DNA of 64,000 nt from Octopus vulgaris. Taxonomy: Eukaryota. The notes below the pieces were generated by a model. That model was not told the origin of the DNA, did not search any database, and saw nothing but the letters and a program-made list of their open reading frames with translations. Numbering within the stretch: the first letter of the stretch is position 1; each line of letters starts with the position of its first letter. Shown in pieces: positions 1 to 13,420 of the stretch. The stretch lies in the NCBI GenBank assembly GCA_951406725.2, contig OX597826.1, positions 56,792,001 to 56,856,000 of the forward strand. The letters are read 5' to 3'. Position numbers and translations under genes: made by a program.

Positions 1-82
1 TCCGTGTAAAAATTGAAAAATTACCACCAGTTGCCACCCCCAACCCCCACTTTCAACACCAGTCACTTTCCGGTAGTTCTGT
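1..82 (-). CDS. Candidate second coding exon (partial) of an unidentified minus-strand gene
   Basis: Minus-strand acceptor tgttctctccag| ends at 83. Only one frame is open to the window edge, (R)QNYRKVTGVESGGWGWQLVVIFQFLHG, and it matches the phase-2 donor at 6263. It could instead be a UTR exon. Confidence 0.3.
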
Positions 83-723
83 CTGGAGAGAACATTTTTT
101 TGTTTTTTTGGGTTTTTTTTTTTTAAACAATTTTACAATATTTGAAAAAAAAAATACAAAATGAATATTAAAAGAGAAAACAGGAATCAGTAATGAAATA
201 AATAAATGAAAGCAAAACAAAAAAAAAGAAATAAAGTACCACCACTAATGGCTAATAATAGGAAGATAACCTTGTCCACTAACACTTCCATTTCCTACTA
301 CTGCCGCTGCTTGCTGTTACTATCAACAATTTTAATCAGGAGTTACAATGATACCATCATCATTATCACCACCACCACACCAGACTCCTCATCAATACTA
401 TGTGTCTCTTTACTGAACCCTCTTCCAAGAGTCTCATGACAAAAATGTCCACAATAACCCCTTATCTACAACCCACTAATAAATTACAATAATAAAAAAA
501 AAATTTTTAAATCTAGACAGACAAACTTCATGAAAACTTAACTGATTGTTTGCTATTAAATGTTTGTTACAGCAATACTCTATAACACCTGATGCTGTCT
601 ATATATGTGGAGAGAGAGAGAGAGAGAGAGGGGGGGGAGATAGTGATTTTCTTCGACATAATAACCATGTGCATATATGAGTGTATGTGAATAATGTGAG
701 ACTAAATGTAATGATGACGATGA

Positions 724-725
724 TG

Positions 726-756
<31 letters not shown>

Positions 757-957
757 GTATGTATGTATATATATATATATATATGTATGTATATGTGTAT
801 GTATGTATATGTGTATGTGTATGTATGTATATGTGTATGTATGTATATGTATATGTGTATGTATGTATATGTGTATGTGTATGTATGTATGTATGTATAT
901 GTGTATGTATGTATGTATGTATATGTGTATGTATGTATATGTGTATGTATGTATGTA
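724..957. repeat. Compound (TATG/TGTA/TA)n microsatellite
   Basis: Directly visible; source of the spurious YIHT/MYVC ORFs. Confidence 0.95.
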
Positions 958-1373
958 CACACATATACAAATTTACTTATACCATAATCATGTTTACATG
1001 TGTGAAGGACAAGTGTGAAGGACTGTGTGCATGCACATGCATACACACACATACACACACAAATCTATATGTAATCATATTTATATACTTAGATGAGTGT
1101 GCATGATTCTGAATGTGTGTGTTTATCTATTTATCTATGTATCTATACACACACACACACACACATGTATGTACGTGTACGCATACAAATGCATGTATGT
1201 GTGTGAATGTGTTAAAGTTTAGTTAAAGAAATAGTTGTTACAGGAAACCAAAGAAAATAATTAAAGAAACACTGAACATAAAAACAAGTTATTTTGGCAG
1301 CCAGAGGGTTATATATACTTAAATCAGAAGTAACCCTGTAATACTTAGATTACAAAAGGACATGGTTCAAACT

Positions 1374-1611
1374 TTAACCCTGTAGCATTTAAACCGGCTA
1401 TAGTTGGCCCAAATATTCAAATATTCTACGTTTTATGTTCAAACTGACCAAATCCAGTGTCTTACATCTATCCACCCCACAATGTTATTCTAAAAATATG
1501 CAATCACATCATTAAAATCTCTAAGCTACAAGATAATGCTTGATTAATTCAAAATAATGTGAATAAAGAAGCATTGTATTTGAGAAAGTAATTTGAATGC
1601 TAAAGAGTTAA
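1374..1611. mobile_element. piggyBac-like MITE
   Basis: TTAA at both ends (1374-1377, 1608-1611). Imperfect TIRs ttaaccctgtagcatttaaa / tttgaatgctaaagagttaa; no coding capacity. Confidence 0.7.
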
Positions 1612-1964
1612 GCATAGATGGAGGAGAGTATGATAGGGTGGGGTGCACTAGAGAGGGAGAAAATGAAGGAGAGCGAAAATGGCTCGATGCTGTTTAGTAA
1701 GAAGTGAGGGTGGGGCTCCAATATCCCCCCCCCACACACACACACACTGTATGATTTGTTTCTTTCATATTTTCCTTCTTTATTTATGCTTCAGCACTAA
1801 ACATTACCCTTATTTCTTGTTTTTAAATGGAAGAATTTGTGGAAACAGGGTGTTGAGAAAATGAAATCCCAGAAACGCCAACCATTCAGGATAAGTTCTA
1901 CAGATGGTTGTCTGAGATTGCAGTTGGAAAAAAATATAACAAAAATACCAAAGGAGAGGAGGAT

Positions 1965-1967
<3 letters not shown>

Positions 1968-2041
<74 letters not shown>
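1968..2041. repeat. (GA)n microsatellite
   Basis: Perfect dinucleotide run. Confidence 0.97.
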
Positions 2042-2042
<1 letters not shown>

Positions 2043-2668
2043 ATGTGTGGGTTTGGTATTGAAGGGTGGTTGGTGGTAATAGAGAAGGAAGGAAAAGTGA
2101 GTAAGAGATATCATTCCACTGTCTTCTTTTGACATGAAATGATTTGCTTATTATAGCACTTGTCAGTCTGTACCCAGATTTTATATTAGGGGTTGGCTGG
2201 TGGTTTCTCTGGTAGGTATGTAGTATCTCTAACTTTGATGTATTTCTTTTCTTCTTCTCAGGAAAGGGAATCAAACAACACAGCTATATAGACAATGATT
2301 TAGTTTTTAGTGAGGAATGACGGCTTGTTTTGCATTTCTTTTCCCTTTGGTTAGTTCAAAGTAGTCTTACAGCAGTTTGGTCCCCCACAAAACACAAATG
2401 CATAGAGATACATACATACATATGTATATATATATATGTGTGTGTATGTGTATGTGTGTACACATAATTTTAGCTGTAGTAATAGAGATAACAGAGAGTT
2501 GCTTAAATATTGTTACAACAAAAATGCTGGTGGTGGTGGTGAAGACACATTGCACACAAATTTCAAAAATATACAAATACAAAATACACTTAAAATGTTT
2601 CCCAACCCATTTCCCTATATTTCCCAATGAAGAAGAAATAATAATAATTATTATTATTATTATTATTA

Positions 2669-2875
2669 TTTCAAATTTTTTCTACAAGGGCAGCTTGGGG
2701 GGTGGTGGGGATGAGGTGATTATATCAACCCCAGTGTTCAACTGGTACTTATTTTATTGACCCCGAAAGGATGAAAGGCAAAGTCGGGATGAGTGAAATT
2801 TGAACTCAGAACATAGCGACAGGCAAAATACTGTTAAGCATTTCATCCAGCATGCTAATAATTCTGCCAGCTTGC
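2669..2875 (-). mobile_element. SINE family A (tRNA-derived), diverged copy
   Basis: Reverse complement of B box gagttcaaat plus the central domain ctttgcctttcatcctttcggggtc-ataaaataagtaccag shared with many copies in the window. Confidence 0.85.
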
Positions 2876-2900
2876 AGAATAATAATAATAATAATAATAA

Positions 2901-3090
2901 TAATCCTTTCTACTATAGGCACAAGGCCTGAAATTTTAGGGCAGGGGGCTAGTTGATTAAACCAAACCCAGTACTCAACTTGTACTTAATTTATCGACTC
3001 CAAAAGGATGAAAGGCAAAGTCAACCTCAGCAGAATTTGAACTCAGAATATAAAGAGAGACAGAGTATTGCTAAACATTTTGCCTGACCA
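2901..3090 (-). mobile_element. SINE family A, A1 tail, CpG-decayed
   Basis: Same central domain; tail tcaggccttgtgcctatagtagaaaggatt runs into (AAT)n. Confidence 0.85.
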
Positions 3091-4061
3091 ATAGTTTTGA
3101 GAGGAGGGAATTAGCAAATATCAGTGACCTTGGGTCAAGTTAAGACTAAACAGTTATTCTAATAAACACTATCCAAGTCATTAAAGCACAGAGAAACAAT
3201 TGTAAAACAGTAAATAAAATAAATAAAAATTCTGATCAGAAAAGACAAATAACATTAAATATTATTATTAATCTTAATAGTAAGAAACAATAGAACAAGC
3301 ATCAGACAAAGTGATTTAAACTTGATCAACTAGCAACTGAGTTCAAATCTTGACTTTGCTTTAGATCACTTCTAGGTCAATACATAAAACAAATAATACA
3401 GATGATATTCTGCAAAGCAATTCTAATTAAGTTTTTCTCTACTCCTTCAGCAAGTATCTTTGTGTCCAGATCAACCCTTGTTCCTACTGCAAAGATAAAA
3501 GGGAAGGAGATGAAATAAAAAAGGAGTGGGAAGGGGTTCGCAGCCGATAAAAGAGAAAAATGAATAAAAGAGAGAAGGCACAGAATGGAAAAAAGGAGGG
3601 AAAAAAAGGTAAAAAGAAAGAGAAGAATGAAACAGAATTGAAAGAAGTGAAAGACAAAGATCGTACATTGCTCCACTGACAGTCATAATGAGAAAATTAA
3701 AAATATAAATGACAAAAAGCTAACGAAGTTCAGTTCGGCATGGAATTTTTGGTTTACCAAAGAGAAGTAGACTGTCCTTTTGAAGTCAGTCAAAGATTTA
3801 AGAAAGCTGTCTGCTACTGTCCATTGAGTTGTTATTAGACACGAGATCCCTAACAAACACTGGTTTCAATTCCCTTACAAATACAAAAGGGATTGAAAGA
3901 TTCAAACACAAAAAAGCAGAGATAGAAAAATAGGAAAAAATTTTTCTTGTGATAAATAGTGTGAAAAAAGAAAGAATCTTAAGATTCCAGACAAACTACT
4001 GAATTGAAACAAGACTTCATAATTCTAAAATTTTACATTTATGTATAAATGTGTACACACC

Positions 4062-4102
<41 letters not shown>

Positions 4103-4242
4103 GCTCAATGACTATTGACTTCTAAAGTTAAAATGCATTTCTGATCAACTGATGATGATATCTATGAAACTGTACACATCATTGTGAACAACTTCATGCT
4201 CATTAACAGATATACATACTGTACACATACACACAAACAGAC

Positions 4243-4280
<38 letters not shown>

Positions 4281-4287
4281 TATATCA

Positions 4288-4410
4288 TGATCATCATCAT
4301 TTAATGTCTGCTTTCCATGCTGGCAGGTGTTACACAGCTTGACTGGAACTGGTAAACTAGAGAGGTGCACCAGGTTCTGGTCTGAATTTGGCTTGGCTTC
4401 AACAGCTACA
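4288..4410 (-). mobile_element. Family D 3' fragment ((GAT)n tail)
   Basis: catcatcatttaatgtctgctttccatgctggc is a diverged reverse complement of the 3' end seen at 12340 and 27715. Confidence 0.65.
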
Positions 4411-4412
4411 TA

Positions 4413-4556
4413 TACGATAGGCTTCAAGTCCATTCACAAGGTATCGACCAGTTTGAAGTCATTGTAGAAGATACTTGTCTAAGTGCAGTGTAAGGGACCA
4501 GAACCCAGAACCTTAGAGCTGTAAAGTAAACTTCTTAACCACAGGCCATACCTGTA
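4413..4556 (-). mobile_element. SINE family B 5' half, diverged
   Basis: gtagaagatacttgtctaag...cttaaccacaggccatacctgtac matches the reverse complement of the family B head/CORE region. Confidence 0.6.
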
Positions 4557-4602
4557 CAGCTTACTCTCTAAATATTTATTGCATACATAGGTACGTATAC
4601 AT

Positions 4603-4634
<32 letters not shown>

Positions 4635-5393
4635 GAATCTGAAAATACATTTAGAGGATATATGGGCACTGAAGAAAATATGGATGGCTGCACAGAAACC
4701 ATCTAAGCCAGTCAGTATAGTGGCTTGCATCCATCTCCAAATTGTATCAAAAGGTTAGCCTGAACTCAGCTTTGCCAGACACCAAAACAACTTGTTCATC
4801 AGTTTTATAGTGCTACCACTGCTTACAGCATTTAACTTTACCATTCCATGTATGAACCAGAACAAGAGATGATATAATGGAGGAATTTGATAGTGTAGTC
4901 TGGAATAAACTATGTGTATGTCAGAAAAAAGATTGGATAAATATGGCTGGAATGTTTTCTATGATAGATCTACTCAACCCAGATTCATCTGAGCTAAACA
5001 ACAACCATTCAAGGTCAACTACTTGCAGTTAGATCAACAGGGGACATAAGAAGTTCAGTGTTTTGATCAAGAATTAAGCTCAGCAATGGCATTAGTTGAG
5101 TACTTAGTTGTTAAATTGACAGTATAAAAACTATTGTGTGTGTGTGTATATATATGCTACTGACACGACACAAACATGTAAATACATTGTACATCAATAT
5201 TCAAGACCCTCTCTCTCTCTCTCACACCCACACACACACACACATGTATGTGTTTGTGAGTGTATGTGTGTACTGAACAATTAAAAGATCAAATATTCAA
5301 ATTCTTTTGATACAGCAAACCATTAGACATATATTTCAAGATTGGTCCCATAAACTTTTGTCTCACACATACTAAGAAATCAGGTATACAAGA

Positions 5394-5507
<114 letters not shown>

Positions 5508-6262
5508 TTCATATAAGCACACAAATATACATATATTGTACATATACATTTCTACACACACACATATACACAAAGATTCACTCATATGTGTACATACACA
5601 AACACTTACCCATCCAATATACACACAAACACACCAAATTATTTCACAAGAAGTATATATGTTCTTTAATGAATGCCGCCTATTTGAATTGAAAACTATG
5701 TATTTACAATGTAAAGTTCCATGATAACATTTAACTGTCACTAAAAAAGACATTTCTACCAACTTATGTTGGAAAAAGTAAATTTTAAGGAGATTGTCTT
5801 TTTTATATTTCATTTTTTTTTTACATGAGCCAAAAACAAGAACAAAAAAAATAAATAAAAGCGGAATAATAAAACCAACCAAGTTTATTTGATGTGGAAA
5901 AAAATAGATAAAAATAATAAAGAAAATTATTTGAAGACAAACACTAAAATACTTTGAAGAAAATTAAAGGTAAAAGCTAATAAATAATGCAATTATTTAC
6001 AAAATGTTGTCCATTAAAACAACCATCACTGTCAGCATATTTATAAGAGTTCTACAGCTTACTGTCTCTCTGTGTATATACCTTTATATAATGCATATAT
6101 GTATGTGTGTAATGCAATGTGTGTGTGTGTGTATGTGCATGTATAGTATGCAGTATGCGTATTGCAGTGTTTGCAGTGTATGCATGTGCATGCCTTATAA
6201 CAGGAAAACACTGTTGTTTACTACAGAATTCCATTTCATTCATTACTACACTGACTCCAAAC

Positions 6263-6318
6263 CTGTGAAGATATGCAAGGAAGGAATGCACCAACAATGC
6301 AACTAGCAACACCAGCAT
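6263..6318 (-). CDS. Candidate first coding segment with signal-peptide-like N terminus
   Basis: True ATG at 6318 (gaagcaATGc) encodes MLVLLVALLVHSFLAYLH and is followed by CAG|GTTTGG, a phase-2 donor in frame with the exon at 82-1. The donor is weak and the site can also be read as an acceptor. Confidence 0.35.
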
Positions 6319-6855
6319 TGCTTCTTCGTCTTCGCCTCCACTCTAATCGACCCTACCCCACTCTGCACTACCTTATCCTACCTTCCCCTACCACTGCTGC
6401 CTCTGCAGCAATGATTCACATTCCAGATCTGATGGGAGGACAGGTCTGTGAGAGGATTTCTACACCCCACTCCCCGATCACCGTCAGCCTTCTCAAAGAG
6501 ATTGGGATCCCAACAAGATGTGTCTTTGGAATGACGGAACTGCATTCCTCAGTTCCAGTCAGCCAATCGAAGAGCACTTGAAATATTGTCAGAAAATATC
6601 ACTGGAAAAACTTGTCTAAACGAAAGTGTAGTCGAGATGCTATTTATTTGCAACTGCAGCAAACATATAAAACAGCCAGAAGCCGTAACAGAGATTTCAG
6701 CTTGGAACCATCATTGTTGGAATACGGATGTTTGTTTTTGAAAAATTTTAGGTCTCAAAAGAAATTCCATTAAGGCTGGCAGTTGCAAAGATGGAATAAA
6801 TATTATTTTGGCGAGATCAAAGCAACATTCCACCAGCCTGGAACATTCTGTAAAC
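6263..6855 (-). other. Candidate mostly untranslated exon (5' UTR with uORF)
   Basis: About 600 bp of repeat-free, GC-richer sequence. Bounded by the minus-strand acceptor ttttcaccctcctttctccaag| (alternative tttacag| 8 nt downstream). Contains a closed upstream ORF starting near 6545 (MQFRHSKDTSCWDPN...). Confidence 0.45.
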
Positions 6856-7326
6856 CTTGGAGAAAGGAGGGTGAAAATATGTAGAAATAAAAATTGGTGA
6901 TTGTTTCTTTGATAATAAATAACATTTGGAATTATTTTTAATTTTAGAATTCAGTTCTCATAACTTGCAATTTTTCGCACTTAACAAAATAAAAAACAAA
7001 ATTTTTAAAAATAGTAAACTAATAACACGAGCAGATAAATTAAATGGAAGAACTAAAAAAAAAAACAAAAAAATGGCAGGGGAGAAGAAAAAAAAAAAGA
7101 TTTGTTAAAATTTCAAGATAATTACATCTTCTATATTTTTTTCAAACTGAATTCAACTTTATTTGTAAATTATGCAAAACATAATTTTTAATAACTTTTA
7201 TTTGTTAATTAACTATGGTTATTAAAAGGTTAACAAGCTACTAGAAAAAAAAAAGTTTTATAAAACAACAACATTTAAATAATATTTTTTTAGTTAATTA
7301 GATAAAAATCATTTAATAAACATGCA

Positions 7327-7372
<46 letters not shown>

Positions 7373-8850
7373 ATATATATACACACACATAATAATCGCA
7401 CACATATATAAACATACAGATGTAAATCTCCTAGGGAATGTTGTGTCTTCAATTAATAATTTGTGTAGATTTAATACATTATACAGTTTATCTGTATTTA
7501 AATTACAGTGATGATGAACAGTGAATGAAGCTGCAAGTTAGTTTTGTGAGTAACTAAAACTGGGGGCCTTAAATGTCATCTCATCAATTCACTATCACAA
7601 TAGACATCCACCATTTTGAACTGCCGAAACATGCCCTCACACCACACCCCCACGCCGGTTACCTTTAAACTTTTAAGAACATCAAAACTAAACAAACTGA
7701 ATCCCTAAGGCTGTATACATCAACAGTCAAATGAAAAACAATAACAATGGGGAGGAAAAATACTACAGACAGTCTCATCTAACAAGAGACTGTTGAAGGT
7801 GCTGTGATTGATGATGATGATAGTTGTTAGTAAATATAGGGGTAAAGGCAAGGCATAAGGAAAAGAGCCCAATAGACTTCAACTTTATGTGTCTGTATGT
7901 GTAACATAAAATACATGTGTCCCTGCCTGTATATTTGTATTTCACTCATATGTGAACACACCCATACGTATACTATTTATTCATACGCACATACACAAAT
8001 ATACATACACACACACACACATGTAAGTGGTGTGTATGTGTGTGTATACATACAACAACAACAACAATGGAAATAATGTAAATACTGCAGTCTTTTAATG
8101 TTTGGAGATATTCAAGAGAATTATGTGAAACTGAAAAGCCAGACTATTCTTTTATAAAGCTGATTTATTACTGTGCCACCACCACCATTTATCACCATCA
8201 ACATCACCCCCATTGCCACCACCATCAATACCACCACACCCACCACCATCTCCAAAAACGTCCTGTTCTATACCTCTGACAACCAAAGACCCCTTAACCA
8301 GAAAATGTAGCTAATGGTCTCCATGGCTTTTTTTCTTCTTTTTCTCATAGTTTATTTCAAACTAGCTGTATTATTCAAGGGGTATACAACATGTCTAATA
8401 ATACAAGAGGTATGGTGGGGAGTCAGATGATGAAGAGTTAGGGTTGGTGCATTTCAGAGTGTGGCTGTGGATATGGATGTGGATGTGGTGGTACGGAAAA
8501 TGGTTAGGGTGGTGGTAAATTTTTTGAAGTATGGGACACTATAAGAAATGAACATGAAACGGAAAATGTTTTCATTCCAATGTACACAAAAACACACACA
8601 TAGTGGCCATTTATATCTCCACTTGTGTGTGGTGTGTGAGAGCATGACAGTATGGGTATAAGAGAGAAAGTGGGTGTATGTGAATATGTGCAAGAATCAG
8701 TGTGTGTGTGAGAGTGATTGCATGTTCATGCAAGCAAGCATGAGTACCCTCTAAGCTAAATTAGACTTCATGAAAGGTTTTTGAATGGCCAAGTAGGCAG
8801 AGGAGAGAGAAGAAGGGGGAGAGAAAGAGAAAGGGAGTGGGAGAATTAAT

Positions 8851-9065
8851 ATTAGCCTCAGGTCAGGCTTGATCCAGTGGACCTGTGATCAAAGGCATGG
8901 CAAGCATTGACCATCTGGGAGTCTATATATATTATATCAAGGACTAAGGACACTGTTCAATAACTGTGTCCTTGCTTTGTTAAGTTGGTAAGAGGTGATA
9001 TGAGAGAGGTTTAGCTGCCATTTGTAACAGGTCAAGCAACAATGCAGAGGCTCCCACATTGACCA
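8851..9065 (-). mobile_element. Family C unclassified interspersed repeat
   Basis: ttagcctcaggtcaggcttgatc...tgatcaaaggcat...gctgccatttgtaacaggtcaag; reverse complement of copies ending ggggctaaacaacaac. Confidence 0.7.
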
Positions 9066-9375
9066 ATGATGTGGGCGGTGGCAAGGCGTTTGGAGTGGAG
9101 CCTTTGGAATTTTACTAAAATTAATTTTGCTTTTTAATCAAAAATGCGTGTGCATGTGTGTGTGTGTGTGTGCGCACACACATACTTACATACATGCACA
9201 CGCAAGGTTGTGAAACAGAATTGAAACTGTGAAGGTTGGAACTGATTGTGAGATATATTGTGATGGGATACATCATATTCTCTCCCCTCCTCTCTCAAAA
9301 TGTGTTTGTATACACTACACAGAAGAATATATGTATATTGTTAGTACATATGTATGCATGACTTGCGTACATATG

Positions 9376-9418
<43 letters not shown>

Positions 9419-9862
9419 ATATATAGCAAAAGAGAATGAGAGAGCTAGGTGTACTGGAGTTTACAAAAGAGAGAAAGAATTTATTCCAGAGGGTTTATCT
9501 ATATGTATGTGTATAATACACACACACATGTATGTACATAGGTATGTATACACATACAATGCAAATATATACACACAAGCACAGTTTGCAAATACATGTA
9601 CACGCACAACATTTATTTTTTTTCTAAGTTCTTTCTTCTTTCATGCGGTACAGTGTAACACTATAAACATCATAGCTTCGGTTGCGAAGAGAAAAGGTCA
9701 AATGTGACCCATCTAATACACGCTTGTCCTGCTCAGGATATTGCTTTCAAGTTGGCCAGGTGAGCCAATAACGACCTAAAGATATCTCATTAGGATGAAA
9801 GAATGAAGTACACACACAAAAAAAAAAAAGTAATGATAATAATAAATAAAATAAATAATAGT

Positions 9863-9887
9863 AATAATAATAATAATAATAATAAAA

Positions 9888-9953
<66 letters not shown>
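9863..9953. repeat. (AAT)n microsatellite
   Basis: Directly visible. Confidence 0.95.
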
Positions 9954-9954
<1 letters not shown>

Positions 9955-10385
9955 CAGAAAAAAAGAGAAGATGGTACAGGAGGTAAAAAGAGGATGTCAG
10001 GGTTGGGGCATCAGAGTTTAATGGTTGCAATGAATAGGTTGAATTAATCTAACTGGGACACTCACTGAATGATATCCCTCTCTCCACAGGGGAACATCAC
10101 ATTACTATAGACAGATTTTTGTATCCATTCGCGCATGCTTGCACGCACACTCATTCATTCATACATACATACATACATACATACATACATACATGCATGC
10201 ATGCATGCACACTCACTCATACAAAGTATAACTTATTTTTCCGTATTCACATCACACACAAAATACAGAACATTTCTCTAACCTACTTTTTAGTTTAGAT
10301 GTTTATGCATGTATCAAATATATCACCTTTTCTTTTGCATGTGTATATGTCTATGTATGTTACACGTGCACGTACACACACACAC

Positions 10386-10421
<36 letters not shown>

Positions 10422-11012
10422 AACACATGAGACCATATACATGTATACATAATTACACTATATGAACTCAAGTTTTGTATTATTCATAAAAGGCTTATAT
10501 TTATCAATGGCGAATCGAAATTGCTTCCCTTCGGTTCATTTTGTAAAGGATTCAAAAGAAAGGTTAGAACTATAAAAGGTGTCCCTTGAATGTACCTAAG
10601 CTCATCATCATCATCATCATCATCACAAGTATGCAAAACAAAACAAAAAAAAAAAAGTTAAAATGATGATAAAGATGATGACAGTGGACATTCTCATTGT
10701 GAGTTTTAAGTCATCATTGAGCTTCGCACAGGTTAGTTAGGCATCATCCTACAGACATAAAAATCAAATATGCTCCAGCTGGTCTTTTTGTATATCCAGG
10801 CCTTCCTCTTTCTAAGATGATAGGGTGTAGTATGAAGGAGAACTGGCAGCTTTTTCTAGCAACTTGAACAACCACTGAGATACTCACTAACTGTTTTACG
10901 TTGTGGTAAAAGTTGATAGGGCCAGAAATACAGCATTTTCCCATGGATATATGCTTCTATTACATATATTATATATATATATATTTCACATCATTGGGGA
11001 AATCTATGTGGT

Positions 11013-11183
11013 CGTTCATCTTCCTAGAAAATGCAGTTAAATATTCTTCAAATAACAGTGTATTTCTCTTAGAAATGTGGTGCTGGATTCCTTATATTTA
11101 CAAGTAAGGCAAGATGGTCAAAGCTGGTGTGCTATTGATCAAAGGTCAGCTTGATCACAGCTGACCTGGGGCTAAACAACAAC
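11013..11183 (+). mobile_element. Family C repeat
   Basis: Ends cttgatcacagctgacctggggctaaacaacaac. Confidence 0.7.
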
Positions 11184-11819
11184 AGATAAACACCACTCCC
11201 ATATAAATACATATACAAAAGATCCCCATTCACAATTATTAACCCTTTAATGCCTTACTGAAGTGGTATAGGTAAGATGTATATAACATTTAATAAAATC
11301 CTGCAAGCAGTGTTTGTATTTGCATGCATACATGTTTGCATACATACATGTGAAATAATCATGCACTCATGTCGTATGAATCTTTTTACCATTTGTTTTT
11401 GGGGGTAGGGTTTGTTTGTTTTTTTTACTCAGCTTTTATAATAATGATAAAGGCCAAGTGACCTGGAAAACCAGTCTAAAGCTCTTTCAACTTGATTTAA
11501 TCAACCAAATCAGGGGGGAGAGAGAGAGAGAGAGAGAGAGATCTTTCTACATTTCCCTGGGCTTTCAGGTAATTCTCATTCTCTCTTTTCATCCCACCAC
11601 TCTATACTCTTTGTTTTCTACTCACTCCAACTATTTTTTCATCCCCTCTACTACAACACTGCTACCACATCACCACCACCACCACCACCACCACCTCTAC
11701 AACATGATTTAGACACTTATACATAGCAGTGTGTATGTATTGGATCCCAGATATCAACTCAACCTATGTAATCATCTGTGAAACACTCACGTTCTCTCTC
11801 TCTGCCTCTCAGATATATT

Positions 11820-11900
11820 TTTTGCTGGCATCAGCCACTTGACTGCGTTCATGCTGGGGCACCATTTTTAAGGGATTTAATCGATTATATTGACCCCAGT
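11820..11900 (-). mobile_element. SINE family B 3' fragment
   Basis: tcagccacttgactgcgttcatgctggggcacc matches the family B 3' end. Confidence 0.55.
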
Positions 11901-12339
11901 TCTTATACACTCCTAGTCTGATCCACATTTTATCAATCCATAACATTTCAGGGCATAATAGGATACAAATAACACTGGCTTTATAGACTGTAACACAAAA
12001 ATATACTTTTTCACACACATACACAACATATTTCTTAATTATTATATTAACTAAAATTCTACTCTTCATAACAGTTTCTATATGTAAAAAGCCTCAAAAA
12101 TATGTCAATTGATCAGAGCAATCTCATGTATAATATGCTATATTGCTAACATCCAATAAGACTGCAAACATATCCACAGTGCTGACAATGCCTATCAAAG
12201 AGGGACAGCCATAGCTGTCCTTTTGTCTCAGACAGATTTATTTCCTTAATGTTGTGTGAATTTTGGAGAATTCTCACGACTATTTCCTCTTCTCAGTTGT
12301 TTTACGATCCCTAGAAGTGGGGATAATTTCAATAAATGA

Positions 12340-12485
12340 AGGGCGTTAGGAAGGGCATCCAGCTGTAGAAACACTGCCAGATCAGACTGGAGCCTGGTGA
12401 AGCCTTCTGGCTTCCCAGATCCCCGGTCAAACTGTCCAACCCATGCTAGCATGGAGAATGGACGTTAAACGATGATGATGATGAG
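12340..12485 (+). mobile_element. Family D, 5'-truncated, RTE-like 3' tail
   Basis: ggcgttaggaagggcatccagctgtagaaac...catgctagcatggagaatggacgttaaacgatgatgatg; near-identical to 27715-27860. Confidence 0.85.
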
Positions 12486-12617
12486 GAATCTATCTTGTAT
12501 AATATTTAACATACCTTTATTTGTCATTGTTGCTACAACTACAAGCCATCATCTGAGTTATTTCTCTTTTAACTCATTTGCATTTCATTAAACAGAACTA
12601 TTTCTTTATTCATTTTA

Positions 12618-12850
12618 GACTAAGTGGCTGAGTATTCCGCATACATTTCAACTTTTATTATGATCCTCAAGCAAACTCACTGTGACACTACCTTCATCTG
12701 ACAAAGCTGGTCCTTTTGAATTAGAGATATAGTTTACCACAGTTTCACTGATACTATTTATCAAGAAGACATGCAATGGGTTCAAACAAACTCAGGGGTT
12801 GGTGGGGCCTCACAACAGTGAATCATACCTCTTAACCACTTAGCTGTCTG
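12618..12850 (-). mobile_element. Probable old SINE relic (additional family)
   Basis: Ends in a reversed A-box-like ctcttaaccacttagc. Single copy here, recognised by resemblance only. Confidence 0.35.
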
Positions 12851-13383
12851 TACACACCTATGCTACCCAACCAATTGTAGCCCTTAATGTTTTTACTATC
12901 TCATTTCTTTTTTAAGTATTTCACCTGGAGTCCATCCTTCTTTTCTTATTAAAGTGAGAAAATAAGACTAGAGGATAGAAGAGTAAGACAACAGGGGGCA
13001 ATAGGCAAAGAAGAGTGTATAGGGGTGAGCTGTTTTAGTGTGGCTCATAAATAAGCCATAAATAGTGAATGGTTTATAACAAAACTAAATAAATACAAAC
13101 AGGGGGCTAGGCAGAATATTTGTACCTGGTGTTCAAAGTTTGGGTTTTCTATGTTGTATGTCATCCTTTGACCATAAACATAACCATCACCACCACTACC
13201 ACCACCTGTTAGTTTTTTACAGGAGTGGGGCTTGTAATAAGGGGAAGCTAGGGAAGTGCCACTGTTTTAACCAGTACTAGCACTGATCCTAAACCTTCTG
13301 TAGATCAGTGAACAATGGAGAGAAATAAAGAGGCAAGAGACTAAAATGGAAATACAGGTAAAAAAAACAAAAACAAACTAAAC

Positions 13384-13420
13384 ACATACCTGTACAAGAA
13401 ATAAACAAATAAATAAGTTT
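13384..13420 (-). other. Recursive-splice-like site (acceptor fused to donor)
   Basis: Minus strand ttatttatttgtttatttcttgtaCAG|GTATGT with the junction between 13390 and 13389. Confidence 0.4.

Noticed and set aside
6273-6581. Plus-strand 102-aa ORF MQGRNAPTMQL...
   Set aside because: No recognisable domain or plus-strand splice context; the minus-strand exon interpretation is better supported, though not proven.
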